This document shows positions 42,801-51,644 of a stretch of 64,000 nt of DNA, one piece after another; the first letter of the stretch is position 1; each line of letters starts with the position of its first letter. The translations under genes and the position numbers were made by a program. Location: the IMG/VR virus record IMGVR_UViG_3300013936_000011, positions 64,001 to 128,000 of that record; one strand, given 5' to 3'. This stretch comes from a virus (Duplodnaviria > Caudoviricetes). The notes under the pieces were generated by a model that ran no database searches, was not told the origin of the DNA, and worked only from the letters and a program-made list of their open reading frames with translations.

Positions 42801-45319
42801 AAGAAGCATTCACTAATTGTGTTTCTTTGGCCGAAATAAATATTAGAAATCTAGTTAATGTTCTCAGCCTTTATAAAACATTCTATGGATGTACAGCTTT
42901 AACAAGCATACCAGAATTAAATATATCTAATTGTGATTCATTAGAATATGCATTCTATAATTGTAAGAACCTTACAAGAATAGCAAGTATAAATACTGAT
43001 ACGTTAAAATATATGAGCTATGCTTTTTATAACTGTAATTCCTTACAAAATATTCCTACATTTGATACTTCTAAAGTAACTAATATGGATTATAGCTTCT
43101 ACGGTTGTGAAACTATAGCTTCAATACCAGCATTTAGTACATCTAATGTTTTAACAATGAACTATACATTTGCTAAATGTACTTCATTAATAGAAATACC
43201 TATATTTGATTATATTGGATTGGTAGCAGTACAAAATACATTTGAAAATTGTCAATCATTAACTTCAATAACAATGGCTAATACTAATAATCTAACATCT
43301 ATACCTAATATGTTTTACAACTGTTTAGCATTAGCTTCTATAGATGGTTTGGATACAGCAAATGTAACAGATATGTCTTATGCATTTTATAATTGTGCAT
43401 CTTTAGCAAGAATGGAATTAAACGTAAAATCCGTAACTTCTATGGCTTATGCGTTCTATGGATGTACTAAGTTAAAAGCTATAGTATTTACTGATAATTC
43501 TACAACTACAGCATGTACAACATTACTTCATGCTTTTGATGGTTGTCAATCACTTGAAAGCATAAGTTCATTAGATACTTCAGTTTGTGAAGATATAACA
43601 TACATATTTAATAACTGTCTAGTATTAAATGCAATAGGTTTAGCTTCTTGGGATATTTCTAAGATAACAAGCTTAAATCATTCATTTACTAATTGCAAAG
43701 CTTTATCTAAACAAAAAGAAACTGAAGGAGCAGACCCAGCTGATTTAAATGCATTATTATCTTGGGATGTAAGTAAGATAGTATCATTTAATAGTACATT
43801 TAAAGGTTGGGATTGTACTAACTTAGATCTTAGTAATTGGACTACTAGTGCAGCTACTAGAATGGATTATATGTTCGAAGACTGTAAGAATCTTCAAACT
43901 ATAATTGGAATAGATGCATTCGTAATGAATACTGTAACATCTATAACTTGTATGTTTAGAGGATGTAGTAGTATGACTTCTCTAAATCTTAATACTTGGA
44001 ATACAACATTATTAGAAGATGCTTCAAATGCATTTGAAAGTTGTTCATCTCTTGAAACACTTGAAATAGGAAATTGGAACGCTTCTAATATACAAAGCTT
44101 ATATTGTTTCTTATCTGATTGTACAGCTTTAAAACAATTAGATATAAGTAGTTGGGAGTTAACATCTATAACTAATCTGGAAAGAATGTGTTATGCTTGT
44201 GAATCTATGACTGATTTTAATATAAATACTACTTATATAAAAGATAATGTAATAAGTTCTATGTCATATATGTTGTATCAATGTACTAGTTTAAATAATA
44301 TACCAACAGACTTTTATATAAAAGGAGCTGCTAATTATGTATTTGCTTTATGTTCTGCTTTAACATATATAAAAAATGTATATGTATTAAATTCAACATC
44401 ATCATATCAATTGTTCAGAGGATGCTCTGCATTAGACACAGTCGATAAAATAGTATTTACTAATTGTAATAATATATCTAATTTATTTATGGGATGTTCA
44501 TCTTTAACTACCATCAATACATTCACTGTAACTAATACTGCAGGTAATACAAATATGCAGAATGTTTTTAATGATTGTGCTAAATTGACTACTTTAAATA
44601 ATAGTAGCATAGATTCTAGTGTTTACACTTTATACTATTGCTTCAATGGATGTATTGCATTAACAGATTTAGATCTTACTAATTGGAATATAACAAATTG
44701 TGAAAACTTAGCATATACATTTAATAACTGTCAAGCACTTAAAACAATAACAGTTGGAGCTAACTGGAATACATCTAAGGTTAAAAACTTTAACTCAACA
44801 TTCTCTGGATGTTTAGAACTTTTAGTTGTACCAGCTCTTGATTTAAGCTCAGCTACTGATATGACAGGAATGTGTAATGGATGTAAGAAGATGACAAAAA
44901 TAGATGGTATGGAAACTACAACATACAATTCTAGTAAAGTAATAAATATACAATACGCATTTTATGATTGTCAAAATCTATTATACTTACCAGTATTAAC
45001 TACAACTTCTGTATCTAATGCAAGTTATACATTCTTTAACTGTATTAGTATGACAGGCGAACCACTAAGTGGATCATACTGGAACAGTTCTATTTCATCT
45101 TATTCATATTGTTTCTATAATTGTAAAGCATTAGACAATTATGCTGCTATACCTGATAGATGGAAAGGAATAGGTATGACAACTTATGGATTAAGAATGG
45201 CTCGTGCAGTTGTTCCTCAAAATACTGATGAAGTAGTTGTATTACAAGCAGAAATATTAGAAAAGCAAAACGAATTAAACATGCTTATTAATCAAATGAA
45301 TTCACTATTAAGTGAATAG
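36809..45319 (+). CDS. Giant fibre-like protein: Ig-like - LamG - CotH-kinase-like - LRR - two BspA/DUF285-type repeat blocks
   Basis: N-terminal ASDI...D....F.S.NVEGALKE fibre motif; LamG-like FTIDILF...WTRVTYV...KIYIN...IRCLRLYERELN; CotH-like QGTSS...KNY, LKVNY, GLYDF, DSLGKN, YDLDTAMG (about 38610-39830); many MFYxCxxL repeats. Confidence 0.82.
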   Translation: MSIKYHNDKTGKWEIIASNKASDIAINDNESNFDSNNVEGALKEVGGLAKANNIKLSEIDGRVQYIEEHGTTGGGGSGGGALPTITSEYSATIIDANEEQIIKIFFSSPNLGSGTCYIVCNDIELLTVPVDQGYNNITIPALGSGTFKLSLYVKDRAGLLSNTLNWNLTAGGLTATLTMNTSLDYSITDRILMTYNVEYSLDDEITMYLTVDYDDYTVICSKGYNSYNLTGLGVGIHKVSFYLKAGPYSTKTQTFNVVVVNTEDLYVSSTTDSKLSMEEGDPLSINYRISKKSAEYFDVQITVDDKLVSQRQSIVGNYYYNNNTLPIGTHVIKISVTSESGESSELVFNVEITAGSYIRKQIVTGGLIANWDATGLSNQDANKTKWVDKVSGIEGELYNFNYSSNGWITDNDTNETYLACNGNTYVKIPYAPFANNVTTGFTIDILFRTRDVGDIDARVLDITDTLAPYKGVYIDTQNAHLISAIHDINSAVGDDEWTRVTYVIDRLNKFGKIYINAILSSAFYLTDDSSGSSIRYEDFMHNEYIYLNSFKGTGHYGSCEIRCLRLYERELNDEEVLQNHIADIVNTAEQKAKYDFNYNNNGIPKMYFWGDTTEMSLTQKKTMRIKYVSPNNEEYGESFDYPYCKVYWQGTSSLTYVRKNYNIELFDEDQRAIKYTPFKTGKAENVLCLKVNYMESSNVNNVGLAEFANNGLYSKKNPAQELDPDVRQTITGFPILVYINDECMGLYDFNLDRYSTNSFGYDLIDETLAYEVSANTDATAGAFNKWTSASGQGKIDYYASDFEVIYPPSKMNGNDDYADLITLIEFVSDADDEYFKAKFDEFFDRESVFRYLLFVLVFGMVDSLGKNMKLVTFDRKKWYIQLYDLDTAMGLDNTGALTFDVDIEIEKGTFNTSTSQLWTKILRVFEAELKQEYASMRNEQFTLKNIMHYIYDEQMSKIPEVYYNEAAQVRYLDFGGKFLYALHGSREYQIKRWIRERLLYVDTLLGYDASTADYITVRGDMDGFVHLDIQTYSPMYLTVKWRDQANNSGSQILKIKRGETIRFEKELHATDQEILIYGGQHLKSIGDVSNTSPKHLLLSAAPNLIDLRCTADTLFNVSLSTCKMMQTVDLHDCSRLGVDASNAVLDLSGCENLRTVDIRGTKITSVTTSIKGGNLESIYYPYSIQAIELYNQTNLLTLSLPTSVVFNERPDHELNKLPSKLSTFIINNCPNLKTIRHEESEYEYYKDNMFLPLFYANNIEITNSFNNLDTFDFSYCMNLKSLKLSNLDGLKTLRLNNLVYNDSSYSKLSEVDFSKLDNLETLEMKVTDESIGEYTAKPAFAQNTTLDLSKCTNLKNILCNYAIHGLSELRLPTSIDKLVFDNTFDKTYSDINKIYISSTVGATNTIDLFGSKLHEFNIKTINKIKAITNLYLYAYHKEDVDVNKYRDNIEIPNATVQGVYDFTNYADSDFSNLFKDKDLTNIKLVSSEYLPLVVNLESCFERSTVSSDTGLATFFTKLTGVTNIKNLFKNSVGLTNGVSMDTSKVINAYGAYYGCSDLVSVPEYNLESAIDISYMFYKCSSLADIFTFNVPKCISANYTFYDCKSLVELMFSSDNKISSATHMCDNCSSLERVTLFNTATLAYMSYMFYQCKMLSAYPDIDTTALKDVNYTFYNCIAMQGTPDGTGLWNNSNIKNYSLCFAGCINLTNFYTEIPVEWGGGMEEIGVNDLEFSIIPTTNQTDVIGDYLPTFYSTYNHNMVNQCSSAWTEHVAKTSIKLKEPIAVTAGETYNLTQTTYGTIRVVACDASGNIRTDIVRNSYFQNKEFTVPAGVDYINVIYSSYGDKYIARTANLSILKKDAQNVESGYTNIIITKTDGTITESLKTTINEVSKVYIKFNSDTTYISFRNHDFLQSVSSIDLSNCPVCDYMFLNCPNLVSVGSLTTEGVLSMDSMFYGCTKLSEISSIDLSTCINISRMFYGCTKLTDLSSIDLSKILYIEEAFTNCVSLAEINIRNLVNVLSLYKTFYGCTALTSIPELNISNCDSLEYAFYNCKNLTRIASINTDTLKYMSYAFYNCNSLQNIPTFDTSKVTNMDYSFYGCETIASIPAFSTSNVLTMNYTFAKCTSLIEIPIFDYIGLVAVQNTFENCQSLTSITMANTNNLTSIPNMFYNCLALASIDGLDTANVTDMSYAFYNCASLARMELNVKSVTSMAYAFYGCTKLKAIVFTDNSTTTACTTLLHAFDGCQSLESISSLDTSVCEDITYIFNNCLVLNAIGLASWDISKITSLNHSFTNCKALSKQKETEGADPADLNALLSWDVSKIVSFNSTFKGWDCTNLDLSNWTTSAATRMDYMFEDCKNLQTIIGIDAFVMNTVTSITCMFRGCSSMTSLNLNTWNTTLLEDASNAFESCSSLETLEIGNWNASNIQSLYCFLSDCTALKQLDISSWELTSITNLERMCYACESMTDFNINTTYIKDNVISSMSYMLYQCTSLNNIPTDFYIKGAANYVFALCSALTYIKNVYVLNSTSSYQLFRGCSALDTVDKIVFTNCNNISNLFMGCSSLTTINTFTVTNTAGNTNMQNVFNDCAKLTTLNNSSIDSSVYTLYYCFNGCIALTDLDLTNWNITNCENLAYTFNNCQALKTITVGANWNTSKVKNFNSTFSGCLELLVVPALDLSSATDMTGMCNGCKKMTKIDGMETTTYNSSKVINIQYAFYDCQNLLYLPVLTTTSVSNASYTFFNCISMTGEPLSGSYWNSSISSYSYCFYNCKALDNYAAIPDRWKGIGMTTYGLRMARAVVPQNTDEVVVLQAEILEKQNELNMLINQMNSLLSE
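41200..45170 (+). repeat. Two blocks of BspA/DUF285-like leucine-rich repeats, each with its own C-cap
   Basis: About 22-26-aa (M/A/T)FYxCxxLxxI repeats; caps CFAGCINLTNFYTEIPVEWGG (ends about 41965) and CFYNCKALDNYAAIPDRWKG (ends about 45168). Confidence 0.8.
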
Positions 45320-45333
45320 AAAGGAGTGATATC

Positions 45334-48300
45334 ATGGCAGCTATAACAATGACAGAAACTTCTGATAGTCCTTACTTAGGTAAGAGTCATGTGTTCAGCA
45401 AATCATATAATAGTGACAAGTCAAAAGAGACTTTTACATGGAAATGTTGGCCTCAAGAAGTTCCTTATAGTTATACTTATTATGGTAAAAGTTACTCTGG
45501 ATATTACACAGGCGGAACTAGTTCTAAGCCTGGTGGTATATTAAGAGGAAGCGAGCTTACCAGATATACTCGTAGAGGTATATTCGAAGGAATAAGAATA
45601 CATCAAATAAAATGGAGAAAAAATGGTGGTACTTGGAAAACTAAAGGCTACAGTGAAATTTCAAATGAAAGCGATGCAACAGTTTCAGTATCAACTGCTA
45701 CAAATGGAGATAAATTTGAGATACAAGTTACTTACGAACTATGTACAATGGGATTCCCTCACAGGAATTTCCCATTCTTCTGGTTCTGTGCTAAAGGTAG
45801 TACATATTACGTAGGAGGTAATGGTAAATCAATTAAATATACTAAACCTAATAGTGATCCTGGACGTTCATATTCTAAAGTTTCGAATACAGCATGGGAA
45901 AAAGTAAGACTTGATTGGGGAGATCCTCGTGATCCCTCAGTTAAGACTGCTGATAAAACTTTAGCTGGATGGAGTTATAAGAATGGTAAAGCTAAGACTC
46001 GTATATACAATGAGTTAGGTGATGGTGCAGATAAGACTGCATACAGTCCAACTTACACTTACGAATATCAAACTCATTATCCTCAACTACATGGTTTAGG
46101 ATGGAAATCTGAAGCAGGTAACGATTATCAATATGCTAGAAAGTCTGCTTACTGGACTTATCGTAGAACATTTACTTACTCTGTTACTAGTAGCGATATA
46201 AAAGAAGCTCCAGACCCTGTTGAAGCACCTAATAAACCTGAAATAACTGTAGTACCTAACCACTGTAGTACAGATTTAAGAGGTGAAGAAGGTACAGTTA
46301 AAGTTAAATATACTCATCCTTCTAATCATGATGGTGCAATACTTTTATATGCATATCAGTTTAACGAAAAAACTGGAGACTTTATACAAAAAAGAGTAGG
46401 CGGCGGCTTTATTGAAGTGGACGCTAATGAAATATATCAATATACTGTTAACTTTAAAGATTTAGGATTCGCTAGAAGTAGAGAAATACGTTATATGGCA
46501 GTAGCTAAAGTAGACGATCTTTATTACAATGATACAAAACGAAAAACTACAGCATCGTTAATAGATGCTAACGATACTTATTCAGAAAGATTAACTAAAT
46601 GGAACGTATATGCTAAAGGTCATTATTTCAACGAAGAACCTGTAGTAGAAGAAATACATTTGAAAGAAAGTTTAGATTATACTAAGAAAGCTACTTTATA
46701 TTGGGATAGACCTATAGATCCTGATGGAGATAAAGTTCATTATAGTTTATGCATAGCTAGACCTGGTTCTGAATGGGAAAATGATTCACTTGATACATTC
46801 TACGGAGGAAATTACGGTGGAGTAAATGGAGATGTATTATACAGTTATAGAATAGATAATATAACAAGTACAACTTATGATTTAGATACTACATCTTTTC
46901 CTTACTTAGAAGACTTAAAAGTTTGGCTAGTTTCTTATGATGATTATATCAATAGTTACTACTATGCTTCTAGACCTATTGAATTTAAAAAGGTCCAATC
47001 ACCATATGTCAAAATAGAATGCGAAGAAATTCGTTCAGGAGAAATAAATCCTACTAATCACGATGATATGATAGATGGCACTAGAGGTAAGGTCAAATTA
47101 ACATATTACCATGAAAAATGTGTTGGCGGTACTGTAGATTTAGAAATTTATCAACCAACAGATTATGAAGGTACTAATGGATATAGAAAAGCTGTAATAA
47201 AAAACGTAGCATCATTTACTGGTAGCAATGGACTTAACGGAGAAACAAAAGAATATATAGTTGACTTTAAACAATATTCTGCTTTAGATAGAAGTAAAGA
47301 TATTAATTATTTCGTAAAAGCTACTGATACAAACGGAACTAAGTCATGGCTAACTGGTGATGATAAATGGGAAAATACAGTACGTGGTCATTACTATAAT
47401 GATGAACCAGCTCCTGTATATCCAGCTTTAGATATAGACCATTCAGAAAACAGAAAAGACTACGCTCATTTAATTTGGGATCAACCTATTGACCCTGATT
47501 ATGATTCTAAATTATGGTATGCTATATATCTTGCTACAGGAGATTCTAGTAAAGATACTAATTCAAAAGAGTTTGGTAAGCAAAAGACTAAAATGTCATA
47601 TTATAAAGTTTACTACACAACTGCTACTGAATACTATATTGACATAACAGACTTTACATCTTCAACAGGAGATTTATCTGTATGGATAGAATCTCATGAC
47701 CAAAAATGGAATAACTATTATCATTATGGTACTCCTAAACAATTCCAAAATACAGCTACAGCACCTAATAAACCATATATAGTTTGCTATAATATGTACG
47801 ACGAACTTGATGGGTTAAAATGTTCTGAACAAGGTGAAGTATATATTTATTATAGTCATGATCAAGGTTGGAGCGGATATGTTAAATTATATGCTATGGG
47901 TAAATATAAAGACGGTTCTTTTAGAGTTGCTAATGTATTTGAAAAACAACTTGGCAAAGAAGAAGTTCTTATACAAGACGGATCACCATACGATTTCGTA
48001 GTTGATTTTAGAAAGGTATTTGGTAACGAATGGACTAACAGAGATTGCGAAGTTCATTATTATGCAACAGCACGTACTGCTAATAGAGATTTGGTAGACG
48101 CAGCTTCTTCTGAAGGTGATATAGATTGGGTACCAACAGTTGCAAATAGTTCAGCTAAATTCAATAGTTGGGACGGAGCTCATTACTATAACGATGAACC
48201 TTCTGATATGTCAAGTGGTTCTCCAGCTAAACTAACATTAGGATTAGATGATGCTAACTCTGATATATTCACTAAGGTACGTTTAAAATGGTCAACTGCT

Positions 48301-51300
48301 ACAGATGTTGCAGGAGATATAGTAAGATATGAAGTTTACCTTAAACCAGAACATAAAATATATACAGTAAATGATGAGATAAGATACTTTAATAATCCTG
48401 ACCCAGATGCTGATGAAGCTATACGTTGTGATCTATTAGGAATAACTAATAATACTTTCTTAGATTTTGACATGACAGGATATGAAGTTGAAGGCGAAAC
48501 ATATACAGCTTTCATAAGAGCTGTTGATGGATGGCACAACAGTTACTACTATGATAGTAATAAACTTGTATTTACTAAGAAAGAATACAGCAGACCTAAG
48601 ACTAAAATAAATATAGAAAATGCTCATGGTGAATTTGGTAAAGCTCAACTTATTTATACTCATCCAGATTCTAAGTTAACTGGTGAAGATGCAACTGACA
48701 GAGGTTCATGTGATGGTAAGGTTTGGGTATATGCTTACATTGATGGTTATGAATCTAGACCAATTAATATATCTAGTTTATTTGGAGATGTCGTAACTAA
48801 AGAAGATAAAGACGACGACGTTGATTACATAATCATGACTCCAGACCAAACTATAGATAAGACAATAGATTTCCGTGAAATAGTAAGACTTGGTAAAGAA
48901 CAAAACATAGCTATATCACAATACAGAAGCAATTACATAACATACTATGCAATAGCTAAAGATGTTAATCCTGGTATTTATTCTATAGATACAGCTCCTG
49001 ATGATATAGGTTCTTATGAACGTGAAGAATACTTGTCTCAAACAATAAATGGTATTCAATACTTCTATACTCATTACTTTAATGAAGAACCTCCACAACC
49101 TGTACCTTATACTGGTTCTCCATTAACTGAGGCAGATAGAGCAGTATTTGGATTTAACTATACTATAATACAAATAGAACCTATTAGTGACCCTGACAGA
49201 GATCCTATGCATTACTACATCTATATAGATACTCCTAATAGTATGGGTGATGCAGAGCATACAACTAAAGTATATAAAGAAGTGGCTAATGTTAATACAA
49301 GAGATGTAGTCATAGAAACTACAGATCGTGTTTATAATAGATGTTACAGAATAGATCCTATCTATGAAAAAACTGGTGATGAAGTAAATGTAAACAATAT
49401 ATTATATTATAACGTTTATAAACTTACTGGAGATGATTTTAATAGCAGTAGTTCTTGGACATATATAAGTAAGTCTGATACTCCTTCATTAAAGATAGAC
49501 TATATAGCTGACAATTATCCTTTATCTAAATGGGTAGACGAAGCTAATGGTTTAAGTCAAAGTGATGGAGCTGGATTATTTACTTACTGGGTAGAATCTA
49601 GAGATGATTATGAAAATAGTTATTACAGATCATCTGATTCTATGATTGTAGATAGAATACAACATAAGAAACCTAATAAACCTGAGCTTACAGTTACACC
49701 AGCGCATGGAGAACGAGGAGAAATAAGTATTAAATATAAACATCCAGAACAATTAGATTCGTTAATCTATCTATACGCTTACTTTACAGATAGTAAAGGT
49801 GTTAAGCATACTGGTTTAGTAGATGTTATAGATGTGAGCTATACAGATGAAGAAAAGAATGACTATTATCTTAATAGAGTTCCTATAGTAAAAGAAGTTG
49901 AATATACTGTAGAATTTACTAAAGAAGTGCATGATCATACTAAGTTCTTTGAACGTTCTACTGCTATAAGTTATTATGCAGTGGCTGCAGATAAGATAGT
50001 AGGATACATATCTGAGTTAAAAGATAATACTAGTGCTTCAATTGATGATTTTAATCCAGATAGTATAGCAGAAGCTGATAGACGTGATGGACATTACTTC
50101 AATGAAGAACCTGAAATATCTAGTCCATACTATTTATTTACAGAAAAGATAGCAGCAGATGAAGGTGATTCTATATTTGAAAAAGGTGTATTAGATAATT
50201 TAGTAGTAGAAGAAACTCCATTCGATACTATGACTTTATTATGGGAAATGCCAGTAACAGCTACAGATAATAAAGATATAGACGGAGATATTATAGATTA
50301 TTACTTCTACATGTATTGTCCTTCTACAACTCTAGAAACTAAAAATAAAGATGAAGAAAAACCTGACCATGTATTCTATGGTAATTATACTGAATCAGAT
50401 TCATACGGCGGTAACGATATTATGCAACCTGATAATGGAGATGCAGGTGACTTAGATGAATTTAGTGATAATGGACAAGAACCTGAATATGTAAAAGGCG
50501 TAGTTGAATATAACTATTTAGTAACTGTTCCTCATGAAAAAATAATAGGTCAAACAGTATCAGATAAGAACGGTAAGACTTGGTTCTATTATACTTTCGA
50601 CTTATCACTATATCAAGAAGACGGAAATGTTACTATATGGATAGAAACAAGAGATAGATATGAAAACAGCTATTACAGAAGCGGTTATTCATTAACATTA
50701 AAGAGAGGTCATAAAGCTAAACCTGTACAAACAGCATATCCTAATAACGTTAACAACGTAGTATATTGTAAGCGTCCTAGAATCTTAATAGAATTAGCAG
50801 AAGATGATTTAAGACAAGAAGTAATTGTTACTTGGAAGAATGTTGAATATTCTAATAAGGATTATAATCAACGTCAATTCTTCTCTAGTATTCCTAAAGT
50901 AACAAAAGGAGATCCAGGTTTAAATACAACAGGTGAAAATGATTGCTACGTTATATTTAGACCACCTGTAGCTTATACAGAAATAAGTGGCAGCAAAGTT
51001 CAATATAGTATTAAAGTTAATAATACTTGTACAACTTCTGAGTCTCGTTACTTCTCATACATGTATTATAAATTTGGCTATAATTTAACCGAAGATACAT
51101 TCATTCCTATTAAAGCTGTTCATGTTAATGAATTCAGAAAAGCTGCTCAACGTGTTATAGATGCTTATGGTAAGAGTTATGAGGACCCTGGCGAATATCA
51201 ATTAAAAGACAGAGCAGTAGTTATTAAACAAGTAGTAGATAATGAAGACTATAATGAAATAGCTAAACCATTAATGAATCTTAACAACTTCTTAAACACA

Positions 51301-51567
51301 TGTGACAAATGCGATAACGATATGCAAGATATAACTGATGATGTTGGAAACGATGATGAACAATTTGTAGATATGGCACAAGATTATGAAGTAATCGGTC
51401 CTTATTTCGAAGGAGATAACACTGAGTTCACAGTTCCAGATAATGTAATAATGGATGTAGATTATCATATCAATGAATTACTTAAGATAATCAATAGTCA
51501 AGATTATTACATGACATCTGATTTTATAGATTGGAAAATCTTATTATATATTCTTCAAAACATGTAA
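45334..51567 (+). CDS. Giant virion protein with five two-domain FN3-like repeats
   Basis: HY(F/Y)N(E/D)EP recurs at 46621, 47389, 48181, 49072, 50092, each followed by DPDGD-like and DxYxNSYY-like motifs; C-terminal IKAVHVNEFR motif; SD AAGGAGTG. Confidence 0.7.
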   Translation: MAAITMTETSDSPYLGKSHVFSKSYNSDKSKETFTWKCWPQEVPYSYTYYGKSYSGYYTGGTSSKPGGILRGSELTRYTRRGIFEGIRIHQIKWRKNGGTWKTKGYSEISNESDATVSVSTATNGDKFEIQVTYELCTMGFPHRNFPFFWFCAKGSTYYVGGNGKSIKYTKPNSDPGRSYSKVSNTAWEKVRLDWGDPRDPSVKTADKTLAGWSYKNGKAKTRIYNELGDGADKTAYSPTYTYEYQTHYPQLHGLGWKSEAGNDYQYARKSAYWTYRRTFTYSVTSSDIKEAPDPVEAPNKPEITVVPNHCSTDLRGEEGTVKVKYTHPSNHDGAILLYAYQFNEKTGDFIQKRVGGGFIEVDANEIYQYTVNFKDLGFARSREIRYMAVAKVDDLYYNDTKRKTTASLIDANDTYSERLTKWNVYAKGHYFNEEPVVEEIHLKESLDYTKKATLYWDRPIDPDGDKVHYSLCIARPGSEWENDSLDTFYGGNYGGVNGDVLYSYRIDNITSTTYDLDTTSFPYLEDLKVWLVSYDDYINSYYYASRPIEFKKVQSPYVKIECEEIRSGEINPTNHDDMIDGTRGKVKLTYYHEKCVGGTVDLEIYQPTDYEGTNGYRKAVIKNVASFTGSNGLNGETKEYIVDFKQYSALDRSKDINYFVKATDTNGTKSWLTGDDKWENTVRGHYYNDEPAPVYPALDIDHSENRKDYAHLIWDQPIDPDYDSKLWYAIYLATGDSSKDTNSKEFGKQKTKMSYYKVYYTTATEYYIDITDFTSSTGDLSVWIESHDQKWNNYYHYGTPKQFQNTATAPNKPYIVCYNMYDELDGLKCSEQGEVYIYYSHDQGWSGYVKLYAMGKYKDGSFRVANVFEKQLGKEEVLIQDGSPYDFVVDFRKVFGNEWTNRDCEVHYYATARTANRDLVDAASSEGDIDWVPTVANSSAKFNSWDGAHYYNDEPSDMSSGSPAKLTLGLDDANSDIFTKVRLKWSTATDVAGDIVRYEVYLKPEHKIYTVNDEIRYFNNPDPDADEAIRCDLLGITNNTFLDFDMTGYEVEGETYTAFIRAVDGWHNSYYYDSNKLVFTKKEYSRPKTKINIENAHGEFGKAQLIYTHPDSKLTGEDATDRGSCDGKVWVYAYIDGYESRPINISSLFGDVVTKEDKDDDVDYIIMTPDQTIDKTIDFREIVRLGKEQNIAISQYRSNYITYYAIAKDVNPGIYSIDTAPDDIGSYEREEYLSQTINGIQYFYTHYFNEEPPQPVPYTGSPLTEADRAVFGFNYTIIQIEPISDPDRDPMHYYIYIDTPNSMGDAEHTTKVYKEVANVNTRDVVIETTDRVYNRCYRIDPIYEKTGDEVNVNNILYYNVYKLTGDDFNSSSSWTYISKSDTPSLKIDYIADNYPLSKWVDEANGLSQSDGAGLFTYWVESRDDYENSYYRSSDSMIVDRIQHKKPNKPELTVTPAHGERGEISIKYKHPEQLDSLIYLYAYFTDSKGVKHTGLVDVIDVSYTDEEKNDYYLNRVPIVKEVEYTVEFTKEVHDHTKFFERSTAISYYAVAADKIVGYISELKDNTSASIDDFNPDSIAEADRRDGHYFNEEPEISSPYYLFTEKIAADEGDSIFEKGVLDNLVVEETPFDTMTLLWEMPVTATDNKDIDGDIIDYYFYMYCPSTTLETKNKDEEKPDHVFYGNYTESDSYGGNDIMQPDNGDAGDLDEFSDNGQEPEYVKGVVEYNYLVTVPHEKIIGQTVSDKNGKTWFYYTFDLSLYQEDGNVTIWIETRDRYENSYYRSGYSLTLKRGHKAKPVQTAYPNNVNNVVYCKRPRILIELAEDDLRQEVIVTWKNVEYSNKDYNQRQFFSSIPKVTKGDPGLNTTGENDCYVIFRPPVAYTEISGSKVQYSIKVNNTCTTSESRYFSYMYYKFGYNLTEDTFIPIKAVHVNEFRKAAQRVIDAYGKSYEDPGEYQLKDRAVVIKQVVDNEDYNEIAKPLMNLNNFLNTCDKCDNDMQDITDDVGNDDEQFVDMAQDYEVIGPYFEGDNTEFTVPDNVIMDVDYHINELLKIINSQDYYMTSDFIDWKILLYILQNM

Positions 51568-51573
51568 TAAATT

Positions 51574-51601
51574 GAGCCAGGGGATATTTCCCTGGCTTTT
51601 T
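51574..51601 (+). terminator. Intrinsic terminator
   Basis: gagccaggg-gatattt-ccctggcttttt GC-rich hairpin with U tract. Confidence 0.9.
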
Positions 51602-51604
51602 ATA

Positions 51605-51619
51605 GTAATATTTATATGA
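51605..51619 (+). promoter_or_regulatory. Candidate late promoter element GTAATA
   Basis: GTAATA TTTAT ATGA directly after the terminator, 40 nt before ATG 51645. Confidence 0.5.
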
Positions 51620-51644
51620 TAAAAAAATGAGGCAGGTGAAAAGA

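Noticed and set aside
41780-45170. Possible DGR template/variable repeat pair (the two LRR caps), and likewise the fibre repeats
   Set aside because: Similarity is at protein level with differences at all bases rather than adenine-specific; both copies are coding; no reverse transcriptase in the window.
34242-45319. Interpretation as captured bacterial surface-protein genes or a chromosomal island
   Set aside because: No signal peptides, LPXTG, SLH or dockerin anchors; both proteins begin with phage fibre-type N-termini and match the surrounding composition and SD style.
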